DNA from: Coleofasciculus sp. B1-GNL1-01
Lineage (GTDB): Bacteria; Cyanobacteriota; Cyanobacteriia; Cyanobacteriales; Coleofasciculaceae
Direction: 5' to 3' (one strand)
Assembly (NCBI GenBank): GCA_040220235.1
Contig: JAVJTO010000034.1
Length of the DNA stretch: 64,000 nucleotides
Both the position numbers and the translations under genes were made by a program. The notes below the pieces were generated by a model. It was not told where the DNA came from, ran no database searches, and saw nothing but the letters and a program-made list of their open reading frames with translations. The first letter of the stretch is position 1. Each line of letters begins with the position of its first letter. Positions 51,645 through 60,281 of the stretch are shown piece after piece.

Positions 51645-51829
51645 ACTCAGGCTTGGTATCTTCAAAGGAATTACTCATCTTATTGTAGGGGTTTCGGGAA
51701 TGATGGGGATTAATTTCTCTCGAATGGGTAACTCTTAACCTGGAACAGGGAACGGGACAAGGGATTGAGGGTTTTTACAATTCTTAACTCCGCCCGACAG
51801 AATTGATAGTCAGGGACTTAGGGAGAGGG

Positions 51830-52204
51830 ATGAAATTTCACTTGCATACGGCTTGGGTTACCATTGCGGCTACGAATATCGAGCCACTGGTTGAATTTTA
51901 TAGTCAATTACTCGCTGAATCTCCCCATTGCCATAGTTCCAATACCTATGCTGAGTTTCAGCTACCTGGATTGCGACTCGGATTATTTAAGCCCAGAGAT
52001 AATCATCGACAGGAATTTGAGCAGTCTGAGCAGAGTGGGTTGAGTTTGTGTTTAGACGTTGATGACTTAGACGCCGCGATCGCACTGTTGAGCAACATGG
52101 GATATCCGCCACCGGGCGAAATCATCGTCGCGTCCCACGGGCGGGAAATCTACGCCTATGACCCCAACGGCAATCGCTTAATTTTACACCAACCGCCGCC
52201 CTAA
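51830..52204 (+). CDS. VOC/glyoxalase family protein
   Basis: EFYSQLL, LDVDDLDAAI, YAYDPNGNRLIL. Confidence 0.85.
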   Translation: MKFHLHTAWVTIAATNIEPLVEFYSQLLAESPHCHSSNTYAEFQLPGLRLGLFKPRDNHRQEFEQSEQSGLSLCLDVDDLDAAIALLSNMGYPPPGEIIVASHGREIYAYDPNGNRLILHQPPP

Positions 52205-52521
52205 CTAATCGCCACGTCATAAGCAACATTGGCAAAGGCATAGACGCTATAGAGGAGCAAAACCGTAATCGCGACAACCATAACCAAACGCGGACGCGGT
52301 GACGGGACAAATGCTTCCCTAACCCACATGGATGCGGCTGCACCAATCGCGAAGCTAGAACTGAGGACAAGGTATTGCCAGTCCGGTTGAAAGACCCAAT
52401 TTAAGCCCAAAGCCAGAGTTAACAATACCATTAAATGTTCGATTGACTCCGGTGGATTTTGTTGGGTGGAAAGCACCAGCGTGCGCCAACAGAATTGTAA
52501 ATGTCTCGTGAAAAAACTCAT
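52201..52521 (-). CDS. Small membrane hypothetical protein
   Basis: Three hydrophobic segments; its ATG abuts the end of isrB element copy 2. Confidence 0.65.
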   Translation of the reverse strand: MSFFTRHLQFCWRTLVLSTQQNPPESIEHLMVLLTLALGLNWVFQPDWQYLVLSSSFAIGAAASMWVREAFVPSPRPRLVMVVAITVLLLYSVYAFANVAYDVAIS

Positions 52522-52575
52522 CGTATTTCGCGTGAGACTCCACCCTCAGCGAAGCAGGGTGGAGAGGGATAGAGG

Positions 52576-53541
52576 TCAAATCGACCCTTTCAATAAGGGG
52601 AGATTTGACAATCCAGTTGAAGGCACGACGATTAACCCCGTGCTTCGCTGCAACAATTGGACTTTGGATGCAGTGAACTGTCCCAACCGTTTCCAGTTGG
52701 CGTCACTGACCGAAACTTGTCTCTCGGTGTCTCCAGAACACCAACCGACGTAAGTCTTCCCAGCTTTTTCGGCTATAACTTTGTCACCTTTGCTAAACAT
52801 AAGGCGGGTAACTGTGCCGCCATACTTGCGCCGCTTACCTCCTTTAGAAGGGACACATAAATGTAACTGTCTACGGCTAATTGGCGGTCTACGGATTACC
52901 GCAAATGGTGCAGGTGTGATTTGAACATAACCACTCCAGTCGCCATGTTTGGCATTATCAGAGTGCCATTCCTGCCATCGGGTAAACTCAAACGCGGCTA
53001 AGGTTACACCGTCAACAGCGTGAGTTGCTGGAGTTTGATTAGCTTTGTTCTTTTTGTCCTTAGCTAATCCTAGCCATTGTCTAAGCTGACTGGTTCCGTT
53101 ACCATCCCGTTGCCACCCCTTGTGGGTAACAACAGGAGCTAACTTAGATAGCCAGTTGAGCATCTGTCGTTGTCCTACCATAACTGGAGAGAATCCAATA
53201 CCAGACCGAGCCGATTTACGACCACTGGTTTTATCTACGTCAGCCATGACCAACTCATAATGAATGGCACTAATCGGGAACAGCTTAAACAGTTCTTTGA
53301 CTACCCGTAACTCTAGCTGCTTATTGGCTCGAATTGACGGTGGGAGTTTGCCTTGCCTGCGATTATCAAACCGAGCTTGACGATGACAGCGTTTAGAGTA
53401 AGGCAGCTTCCGGTTAATCCGTCTCCCCCGTCTGGCTCGACGCATGACCCGCCGTAATTTCATCCGTTCCTTAACCGTCTTGAACGGTAGAACCAGATGT
53501 CCCATCCAAAGGGTAAAGAGACTCGATTGAACCCCAATCCC
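52576..53541 (-). CDS. isrB: IsrB copy 2, exon 2 (321 aa: GIGVQSS...LLKGSI)
   Basis: Collinear with copy 1 from GIGVQSS onward; HYE and THAVD intact. Confidence 0.88.
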   Translation of the reverse strand, partial: GIGVQSSLFTLWMGHLVLPFKTVKERMKLRRVMRRARRGRRINRKLPYSKRCHRQARFDNRRQGKLPPSIRANKQLELRVVKELFKLFPISAIHYELVMADVDKTSGRKSARSGIGFSPVMVGQRQMLNWLSKLAPVVTHKGWQRDGNGTSQLRQWLGLAKDKKNKANQTPATHAVDGVTLAAFEFTRWQEWHSDNAKHGDWSGYVQITPAPFAVIRRPPISRRQLHLCVPSKGGKRRKYGGTVTRLMFSKGDKVIAEKAGKTYVGWCSGDTERQVSVSDANWKRLGQFTASKVQLLQRSTGLIVVPSTGLSNLPLLKGSI

Positions 53542-56110
53542 GCTGGAGTCGAACGGGGAATCGCTTCCCCGAACTCTCCTACAAAACCGTGCTTGAGAAT
53601 TTCTCCTCACACGGCTCCTCAAAGATTTGGCACTTGTCATGTGTACCTCGATTCCCATTGAGTGGGTTAGGGGACTAGAAAGGATGGTCATCAATCCAAT
53701 CCTCCATAGTGCTTAATTCCCGATTGGCGTGGATTATGTCGTGGCAGTGACCATGTACTAAAGCTAGATTTTCTCGCTTGTTGTTTTTATGGTTTCCATC
53801 CTTATGGTGTATTTCTGCGAGGCTGTCTGGGCTAAAGTAATGTCCGCAGTGATAGCATTTTCCGCCGTGTTGTTTGACAAGTTTTGCTATTTGTTTCTTA
53901 ACTCCAGGGTAATCTCCCTTTCGTGCGCTCCAATATACCCAATTTCCGTTATAAGGACTCTTAACGCCTTCTACTTTGATATGGCGGACAACCTTTGTGT
54001 CTGAGTGATTAATAAGGGAATATTTTCCATCCTTGGTGGTGAAGACCCAGTTCCTTTTGCCCCTGGTTCCCCATTCCCTTCGGATTCTTGTCCCTTTTTG
54101 TTTACCCTTGTGACGGCTTACTGCCCATCCTCTGAGTTGTAGGTAAGTGATGTTGTCACACTTTTGGAAGGTTTCTTTACTGCATTGTCCTCTTTGATAA
54201 TTACTCCATCCCCTGATAACTGGGTTGAGTTTGGCTATTAGCGCTTGTTTAGGCGCTGTTTTGTGACTTTGTATGATGGAGCCTATCTTTTGGGTGTGTG
54301 ACCTTACCGCTTCTTTAGATGGGGTGATGATGGTCTTAAAGCCCTGTTTGGAGACGTATTTTCCCACATTATACTGCCTGATGGTGAAGCCCAAGAAGTT
54401 GAACCCCACATTACCTTCTTCGGTTGGATTCAGTGTGTGAGAAAGTCTCGTTTTTTCAGGTTTCAATTCCAAACCTATGTCGTTTAACCATTCTGCTGTT
54501 ATCTGCTGACATCTTTGGACAGTGGCTTTATCCGGATGCAGAATAACAAAATCATCTGCATATCTGATGACCGACAATTGCTTCATTAAGTCGCGTTTGC
54601 CAAAGCCATTTCTTCCTGGAAGAGTTCCCGCAAATTGTTTTAAGCGGTTCTCCAAACCGTGGAGGGCTATGTTTGCCAGTAACGGGGATATTACCCCGCC
54701 CTGTGGAGTACCCTCAGATGTTGAACTGTAGCCTTTTTCCCTGTTGGCGTATGCGCTCCAGTCCACCACTCCCGCTTTTAACCAGGACTTAATCAAACGT
54801 CTCATGGTGGGGAATGTATTCAATTTGTTGAGCAGTGCCTCGTGGCTGATACGGTCGAAGCATTTGGCTATATCAGCATCCAGAACATATTTAGGTTTCT
54901 GGTTGATTGCTTGGAATATTGCCTCAATCGCATCATGACATGAGCGCCCTGGTCGGAAGCCGTAACTATTTGGTTCAAACTTAGCTTCCCATTCTGGCTC
55001 TAGTGCTGCTTTTGCTAGGGCTTGGGCTGCCCTATCGTCCATTGTGGGGATACCTAACGGGCGTTTCTCAGTCCTTCCGGGTTTGTCAATCCAGACCCTT
55101 CTTACTGGTTTTGCCTTGCGGTTGTTTACACGCCTCAGTTGGTTGACAAGTTCCAGGCGTTGCTTAGAGGTTAAACTTTTCACCCCGTCTACACCTGCGG
55201 TTTTCTTACCCCTGTTATCCTGAGTCACCCTACGGACGGCAAGCGTTCTAGCTGACCAAGACTTCATCAACGTTTTTTGAAGCTTGCGAACTGCCTTAAC
55301 GTCTCCACGTTGAGAGGCTTGATAGATGCGCTTTTGGAGCTTAAAGACCACCCGTTCCAGCTTGCGCCAGTCCGTGTGTTCCCATCCCACAGTCGCTTGT
55401 TGCTCTGTTTTAGGCATATACACTCACTACTAACACCTCTATCTTCCAAATCTTCGTGAGACTGTCAGCGTATCCCTGCCATTACAGCAAGGCATTAGCT
55501 TCTGTCTCAATCCCGCCTCCGTACATCATGTGGCTAGCTACCTACTTGAGTATCGACCTGCTCAAGAGATGCACGGGGGGTTACTACGTTCCTAACAGCC
55601 TTTTGATTGAATCCTTAGAGTGGTACTGTTCGCCGGGTTTATGGGAAGTGCTTGTTGGTCAATATTCGAGTTGCCAACTCCCTAACCTTGCCCCATTTTG
55701 GGGTCTCCCAGTGTATCAGTCTGATTTCACAGGTTTAAATTGACGACGATTCAGACGTACCTTTGCTTATGCTACTCATAGACTCTTGCTAGAAGGGATT
55801 CTCAAATTAGACTTCTGAGTTACCTCCACTTAACTCCCCCGCTTTATCCTCAAGGTTGCTAATTCTGAGAATAGGGGTAGCGCTTTCAGCTATGCACCTT
55901 AGCGGTAGGACTTGATATTATGAGTGTTGATTGTTCTTTTCCTCACTCCCTTACTGTCTTAGCTGTGTGGCTCGGTAAGGTTCTCACCTACAAGGCTGTT
56001 AAGTTGTCAAGGTTCTGTTATTTCTAACCCATACTGAGGGGGTTAGTAACCTTGCTCCGCGTACAATTCAAGCCGTTAGGCTGTCCATTTTGGGCGGAAA
56101 CGTATCGCAG
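53542..56110 (-). mobile_element. Group IIB intron (chloroplast-like/CL class), 2569 nt
   Basis: 5' CTGCGATACG; DV GAGCCGTGTGAGGAGAAATTCTCAAGCACGGTTT (53617-53584); DVI with bulged A 8 nt from the end; EBS1 CGAATA in a hairpin loop (55668-55663) complementary to exon end TATTCG; removal restores the isrB frame. Confidence 0.93.
53675..55423 (-). CDS. ltrA: Group II intron reverse transcriptase/maturase with HNH endonuclease
   Basis: RVT_N WRKLERVVFKLQKRIY, KTAGVDG, RPLGIP, SYGFRPGRS, GTPQGGVISPLLANI, YADD, domain X LNPVIRGWSNY, CYHC..EIHH..N..N..HGHCHD. Confidence 0.96.
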   Translation of the reverse strand: MYMPKTEQQATVGWEHTDWRKLERVVFKLQKRIYQASQRGDVKAVRKLQKTLMKSWSARTLAVRRVTQDNRGKKTAGVDGVKSLTSKQRLELVNQLRRVNNRKAKPVRRVWIDKPGRTEKRPLGIPTMDDRAAQALAKAALEPEWEAKFEPNSYGFRPGRSCHDAIEAIFQAINQKPKYVLDADIAKCFDRISHEALLNKLNTFPTMRRLIKSWLKAGVVDWSAYANREKGYSSTSEGTPQGGVISPLLANIALHGLENRLKQFAGTLPGRNGFGKRDLMKQLSVIRYADDFVILHPDKATVQRCQQITAEWLNDIGLELKPEKTRLSHTLNPTEEGNVGFNFLGFTIRQYNVGKYVSKQGFKTIITPSKEAVRSHTQKIGSIIQSHKTAPKQALIAKLNPVIRGWSNYQRGQCSKETFQKCDNITYLQLRGWAVSRHKGKQKGTRIRREWGTRGKRNWVFTTKDGKYSLINHSDTKVVRHIKVEGVKSPYNGNWVYWSARKGDYPGVKKQIAKLVKQHGGKCYHCGHYFSPDSLAEIHHKDGNHKNNKRENLALVHGHCHDIIHANRELSTMEDWIDDHPF

Positions 56111-56311
56111 CGAATAGCATTTACCAGGGTCTATACCCATGGCTATGGGTTGAGTATTCTCTTGGGTTTCAAAGGTCAATTGAATGGCAAAACATTCTAA
56201 GTCGTTATGTACTACTTTAGCTTTACCATCCCTCAACCAACGCCTAGCGCGGCTGGGTTTTGTAGGCATTAACGGTTTACCTGATTTCGATAAAACTGGT
56301 ACTCGTAACAT
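56111..56311 (-). CDS. isrB: IsrB copy 2, exon 1 (67 aa: MLRVP...GIDPGKCYS)
   Basis: PLMP domain and RuvC-I; homology with copy 1 stops exactly at the intron 5' end. Confidence 0.88.
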
Positions 56312-56319
56312 GGTGATAA

Positions 56320-56531
56320 ACCTCCGAGTAAAAGTGTGTAGTCCCTTCCCGCCATCTCAGCTAAGATGTCTTGGCTTAACAACAACCCAACAAAAGGTTT
56401 TAGAGGTAATCCGGACTAGGGAAATATCCGGATGTCTGTACCAAGCTGAGACTCTACGCGGTATTCAACGTTTAATGACGTTTGTCCGTCAATCCCTGAC
56501 TTCAAGCGATAGCTAAGTCAGGGTTGTTGAA
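56320..56531 (-). ncRNA. omegaRNA scaffold of isrB copy 2
   Basis: Homologous to 49735-49964 with covarying stems. Confidence 0.8.
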
Positions 56532-56565
56532 TAGCTAGAACTATTGATTAAGAGAAGGAATTGGG

Positions 56566-57267
56566 CTACTGTTGGTAAGGAAGATGATTGTACTCTTGCA
56601 AATAAGCCAGTGCCTCATCCGTGTTGACCTGAGGAAATTCCTCATAGAAACGGCTGACACTGAGAAAATTATCCGGTGTTTCCAGGATAACCAAGCGATC
56701 GCAAAAACGACCGAGCCTCTTGATCAGTCCGGCTGGGGCGACGGGTGTACAAATCCAGATCTGGTGAGGATGATACTCTTTCAACGTTTGAGTCGCCGCG
56801 ATTATGGTCATCCCTGTAGCAATCCCATCATCAACCAAAAGGGCTAATTTTCCTTGGGGATTAGCCTGAGGACAACCTGGGGCAAATTCAGCCAGTTGAG
56901 CTTGAGCTTTATCTTGAGCATGACGCAGGGCAGTTTGTCGCAGATTCGCCTTCAGTCGCCTCCATAGCCGTTGTTGCGCCCACAACACTTGTCCGTCTGA
57001 GGTGACAGCACCAATAGCTAATTCTGGATTTTGGGGAGTGGTAATTTTTTTAGCCACCACGATATCCAGAGGACAATTTAACTGACGAGCAATTGGTACA
57101 GCGACAGGAATACCGCCACGGGGGAGTGCATACACCACGGGTGATACTGTATCACCCGTCGTCGTTTCCAGTTCAGCAATTTGGGTGAGCAGCGCTTGAG
57201 CGAGTTCCTCACCGGCATGAGTGCGATCGCTAAATAGCGGAGCCGATGACATAGGTTCCTCCAGCAT
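56566..57267 (-). CDS. Phosphoribosyltransferase family protein
   Basis: FSDRTHAG, ALPRGGIPVA, LVDDGIATG. Confidence 0.9.
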   Translation of the reverse strand: MLEEPMSSAPLFSDRTHAGEELAQALLTQIAELETTTGDTVSPVVYALPRGGIPVAVPIARQLNCPLDIVVAKKITTPQNPELAIGAVTSDGQVLWAQQRLWRRLKANLRQTALRHAQDKAQAQLAEFAPGCPQANPQGKLALLVDDGIATGMTIIAATQTLKEYHPHQIWICTPVAPAGLIKRLGRFCDRLVILETPDNFLSVSRFYEEFPQVNTDEALAYLQEYNHLPYQQ

Positions 57268-57362
57268 TTAACAGACCTGCCCTGATCATGCCTGATTTTT
57301 ATCATGCTTTTAGGTCAATCCAGCCTGATTCTTAACATAAGGTCATAGTTCCATTTTGGATA

Positions 57363-57512
57363 TTGACACTCACCGTCCTTTAAGGACGGTGATTCTTCCG
57401 TCGTAGGGACTCTTATGAGGTCAGACATACACAGGCGCATCTAACCTCCTACTGATGATGTGAAGTCCTCTAATCCGCTACCCTGAAATTGGGGTCTTCC
57501 TGCACCCTATCG
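57363..57512 (-). mobile_element. 150-bp non-autonomous IS605-type element (both ends, no ORF)
   Basis: Right end GAATCACCGTCCTTAAAGGACGGTGAGTGTCAA; left-end-like TTAAT|C-N12-GAAGACCCC. Confidence 0.65.
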
Positions 57513-57550
57513 ATTAAAAATGATTAGAAGAACTCCCCTAGAACAAGACT

Positions 57551-58177
57551 ATGGTTCAATCTTTGACCAAAACTGTTACCTTTGAAGAGTTTATTGCGTG
57601 GTATCCTAATACAGGCAAACGCTACGAACTCCACGATGGGATAATTATCGAAATGCCAAAACCCACTGGAACACACTCTAATGTAACAGGCTTTTTGATA
57701 GAAGAGTTAATTCTTACCATTGTTCAGATGGGAAAGCGAGGAAATTGGACAATTCCCAGAGAATCCATTGTTAAATCTAGCAATGGTAAATCAGGATATG
57801 AGCCTGATATTATCGTCTTAGACCAAGCAGCAATACAAGCAGAACCCCGTTGGGAAAAAGAATCTATTATTGAAAATGCTCAATCTATCAAAATCATTGT
57901 TGAAGTCGTTAGTACAAACTGGCGAGACGATTATTTTAAAAAGAGAGCAGATTATGAAGAATTGGGTGTTTTTGAATATTGGATTGTTGATTATGCGGCG
58001 CTAGGAGGACGCAATTTTATAGGGAGTCCGAAACAACCGACGGTATCTGTTTATCAACTTATTGAGGGGGAGTATCAAGTGACTCAGTTTCGAGAGAATG
58101 ATGTAATTATTTCCCCTACTTTCTCTGGGCTTAATCTCAGGGCAGAACAGATTTTCAAAGTAGGTCAGTCGTTCTGA
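57551..58177 (+). CDS. Uma2 family protein
   Basis: RYELHDG, YEPDII, VEVVS, EYWIVD, SPTF. Confidence 0.9.
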   Translation: MVQSLTKTVTFEEFIAWYPNTGKRYELHDGIIIEMPKPTGTHSNVTGFLIEELILTIVQMGKRGNWTIPRESIVKSSNGKSGYEPDIIVLDQAAIQAEPRWEKESIIENAQSIKIIVEVVSTNWRDDYFKKRADYEELGVFEYWIVDYAALGGRNFIGSPKQPTVSVYQLIEGEYQVTQFRENDVIISPTFSGLNLRAEQIFKVGQSF

Positions 58178-58479
58178 AAATAGTATTGCTTGTCTTAGAA
58201 GCAACTAAAGAATGGTTGGTTAATCATGGAAGCCCCGGAAGACCCAGCTTCACCAAGATAAAGACTTATTTGCCAAAGCTTATGAGTATATCCGGCAGTA
58301 TTATTGAGATTTGTCAGGGTACTTTTTCCTTTCCCTTCTGTCATCTGCCATCTGCCATCTGCCTTATCCAGCCCCAAACGGAGGTAGTTCACGCGGATTT
58401 GCCTGTTGCACTACCTCACCGCCTCGATAGAATGAAAAGCAAAGAAATATAAACAAACGTAAGGAGTCTATAATCAGCT

Positions 58480-58911
58480 ATGCGAATGCTACATACAATG
58501 CTGCGCGTCGGTGACTTAGATGAGTCACTCAAATTCTACTGTGACGTGCTAGGCATGAAGTTACTGCGGAAAAAGGACTATCCCGGCGGGGAATTTACCT
58601 TAGCGTTTGTCGGCTATGGCGATGAGTCTGACCATACTGTGTTAGAACTGACCTACAACTGGGGTGTTGACCAATACGAGTTGGGTGATGCCTATGGTCA
58701 CATTGCGATTGGCGTGGATGATATTTACGGAACCTGTGAGCAAATCAAGGAACGGGGTGGTAAAGTCGTGCGGGAACCCGGTCCAATGAAACATGGTTCT
58801 ACTGTCATCGCTTTTGTCCAAGACCCGACTGGCTATAAGATTGAGTTAATACAATTGGGGACTCAAGGCTCAGCCAAACCTCAAGAAAAAGCTACAGCGG
58901 CTAGTCATTAA
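58480..58911 (+). CDS. gloA: Lactoylglutathione lyase (glyoxalase I)
   Basis: [39 protein letters not shown]. Confidence 0.95.
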   Translation: MRMLHTMLRVGDLDESLKFYCDVLGMKLLRKKDYPGGEFTLAFVGYGDESDHTVLELTYNWGVDQYELGDAYGHIAIGVDDIYGTCEQIKERGGKVVREPGPMKHGSTVIAFVQDPTGYKIELIQLGTQGSAKPQEKATAASH

Positions 58912-58913
58912 CA

Positions 58914-58945
58914 ATGTAGAGACGTAGCATGCTACGTCTCTACAT
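58914..58945. repeat. Perfect GTAG-type REP palindrome
   Basis: ATGTAGAGACGTAGCATGCTACGTCTCTACAT between convergent genes. Confidence 0.9.
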
Positions 58946-58960
58946 CGCCTCCCCCGTTCC

Positions 58961-60130
58961 CTACAAATTCTGCGAAATTTGAGCGATAATCTGATCCTCC
59001 TTCCCCATAACCCATTGGGCAAAGCGTTGGGCTAACGGTGGCACATATACCAGAGGATTCGTAAATCCAGAAAAAATATAAACACCCTCTACGCCCTCAA
59101 TTGCTCCCACTACAGGTAAATTATTACCACCAAACGCCACTAAACAGTGATGCCAAGTTCCCGGTAGTTTAGCTAAAGCAGGTAGGACATTCCCCACCTG
59201 AGTACGAATCCCAGACTCACTCGCGGCTGAGTTTATGGCGGCAAAGGGTTCTGTGAGAACACGGCTAATTTGACCCATCCGTAAACTGCCATCTAGAAAC
59301 TGAATCGCCCCAGCGTCTAAAATCGGCGGCACAGGTTCATAACCCCGTTGATCCCAAAAGGGTTCTACCTCCGCACGGCTAGCTTGCGCTTCAAGTGGAA
59401 AGCGTTGTGTATAGGCGGGCATGACTAATGTTCGCAGTTTCAGGTCAACTGGTGGCGTTTCAATCATTTCCGCGTGGGTGAAGTAGACGCGCACCTGAAT
59501 CCCGGCGGCGTTGAGTAAGGCGCGGCTGAGTCCCCCAGCACAAACTACTGTATTGGCAGCATGATAGGTTTGATTATCTGAGGTTTTCACTCCCTGAACC
59601 CTATCCCCTTGGCGCAGGAGTTCCACCACTTGAGTAATCTGCTGTTCACCCCCAGCACGACAAAAGGCTTGGCGATAGCCTTGGGTGAGGTGTTCCGGAT
59701 GAATATGACCATGACGAACGGTAAGAACGCCCGCGATCGCATTAGGATTGAGTAGGGGTTCTAACTCACAAGCGTCCTCGACTGAGAGTAATTTGGGTGG
59801 CATGGCACAATGAGCATAAGCCGTTGCCATTTTTTCTGGGTCTTGGTTGGCGGAAATAGTCAGGACTAAATCCAATTCCCGAAACTGGGTATCATGGTCT
59901 AATTCGGCTGATAACTGCCTGTGGCGTTCAATTCCCTCAGCGCACAACACCTTCGTCAGGTCTGACTTCCCTGACCAATAGGCTAAACCGCCATAACTGT
60001 ACCGAGTCGCGCCTGGAATGGCTGTGTCTGAATCGACCAACAGAACCCTTAACCCTACCTGGGCAAGTTCATAGGCGAGTGCCGCCCCAGTAATACCCCC
60101 ACCAACAACAATCCAATCGTAGGTCTTCAT
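58961..60130 (-). CDS. FAD-dependent oxidoreductase (DAO/DadA family)
   Basis: YDWIVVGGGITG, GATRYSYG, VVCAG. Confidence 0.88.
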   Translation of the reverse strand: MKTYDWIVVGGGITGAALAYELAQVGLRVLLVDSDTAIPGATRYSYGGLAYWSGKSDLTKVLCAEGIERHRQLSAELDHDTQFRELDLVLTISANQDPEKMATAYAHCAMPPKLLSVEDACELEPLLNPNAIAGVLTVRHGHIHPEHLTQGYRQAFCRAGGEQQITQVVELLRQGDRVQGVKTSDNQTYHAANTVVCAGGLSRALLNAAGIQVRVYFTHAEMIETPPVDLKLRTLVMPAYTQRFPLEAQASRAEVEPFWDQRGYEPVPPILDAGAIQFLDGSLRMGQISRVLTEPFAAINSAASESGIRTQVGNVLPALAKLPGTWHHCLVAFGGNNLPVVGAIEGVEGVYIFSGFTNPLVYVPPLAQRFAQWVMGKEDQIIAQISQNL

Positions 60131-60281
60131 GGTTTTTTGTACATTCTCCACATCTCCCATTGTTATCGGGATTAACCCCTTAGTTAAGGTCATGTCTAAC
60201 GACCGATAGCTGCATTATTTTTCAGATGTTTAGATGATGGAATAGAACAGCTTGTATAGTAAGACCTCTTGAATTGAGTTT

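Larger units (their letters stand above)
52522..56531 (-). mobile_element. isrB OMEGA element, copy 2, carrying a group II intron
   Basis: Same terminal motifs as copy 1 (TTCAACAACCC start; identical ~45-bp end hairpin block; G|ATGA). Confidence 0.85.

Noticed and set aside
52576..53694. 372-aa ORF (and the 95-aa ORF 56024-56311) as independent genes or pseudogenes
   Set aside because: Their extra segments are translated intron sequence; they are the two exons of one isrB.
53675..55423. RT as a retron, DGR or CRISPR-associated RT
   Set aside because: It has domain X and HNH and lies within recognisable intron DV/DVI/EBS1 structure; no TR/VR pair, msr-msd or cas1 seen.
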